Sequence record: OQ939939
Length of the DNA: 64,000 bases
Source of the DNA: Escherichia phage SUT_E1620
Reading direction: 5' to 3' (one strand)
Below, one piece after another: positions 63,635-64,000 of the stretch. The position numbers and the translations under genes are program-made. Position 1 is the first letter of the stretch; the number at the start of each line of letters is the position of its first letter. The notes below the pieces were generated by a model. That model searched no databases. It saw nothing but the letters and a program-made list of their open reading frames with translations, and was not told where the DNA came from.

Positions 63635-63889
63635 AGATTCATAAATTAGAGAACAGCGAGCCGATTACGCTGAGTGAGTTTAGTGATTCCTACTAGGATA
63701 GCTATTCCACTGAATAGAGTCGGTGAGTTGGAGACTAGTAAGTACTCTGAGAGAGGCTACGAGCTAACGCTTATTGCTATTGATAGGGAACTGAAAATCT
63801 GCGGAAAACTCGGGAGCTGTCCCGAAATCTCGTAAACTCTTCTCTAGTTTATGTTAGTGGGGTGTCGAACTGACTTATGTGATAACACT

Positions 63890-63961
63890 GCCGTCCTAGT
63901 ATAAACGGTAATATCAAACCGTAACTGGTGGAAGATGCAGGTTCGAATCCTGCGGTCGGAA
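63890..63961 (+). ncRNA. tRNA-like element (canonical T-arm, incomplete cloverleaf)
   Basis: GCAGG-TTCGAAT-CCTGC T-arm, U8-like and GG D-loop-like positions; acceptor pairs only 5 of 7; no canonical anticodon arm found by hand. Confidence 0.25.
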
Positions 63962-64000
63962 AGAATCAGATAACTCGGGCTTATACCGGATAAGCATTCG

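Noticed and set aside
1-64000. CRISPR arrays, integrase/att sites, transposases, rRNA
   Set aside because: No regularly spaced direct repeats and no recombinase-like ORFs were seen; the gene content is that of a strictly lytic T5-like phage.

Overview
This window reads as a contiguous segment of a T5-like siphophage genome (Tequintavirus / Demerecviridae type), with two L-shaped tail-fibre genes as in the DT57C-like subgroup. Positions 1-21.3 kb (+ strand) hold the late structural module: capsid 3' end, neck proteins, tail tube pb6, p140, chaperones, tape measure pb2, pb9, pb3, pb4, p132, LtfA and LtfB, closed by a bidirectional terminator. Positions 21.3-49.8 kb (- strand) hold the early replication and recombination module (dUTPase, D15 flap endonuclease, SbcCD-like pair, SSB-like protein, helicases, family A DNA polymerase, primase, split NAD+ ligase, origin-binding-helicase-like protein, class III RNR NrdD), interrupted by freestanding homing endonucleases and an eight-gene accessory operon containing a Sir2-like protein. 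Positions 50-64 kb (+ strand) hold nucleotide-metabolism genes (PhoH, NrdA/NrdB, DHFR, ThyA, RNase H) and many small early genes, most behind their own T5-type promoter (TTGCTx-17 bp-TATAAT). No integrase, CRISPR array or rRNA was seen, and no complete tRNA could be folded. The most interesting unexplained signals are three ORF-free, promoter-associated regions (61.18-61.54 kb, bounded by a 17-bp inverted repeat; 43.0-43.6 kb; 63.65-64.0 kb with a tRNA-like T-arm) and the Sir2-like operon. CDS coordinates follow the supplied ORF track; motif coordinates were derived by hand and may be off by about 3 nt. All protein calls rest on motifs read by eye and on synteny with phage T5 as I remember it; no database search was run.
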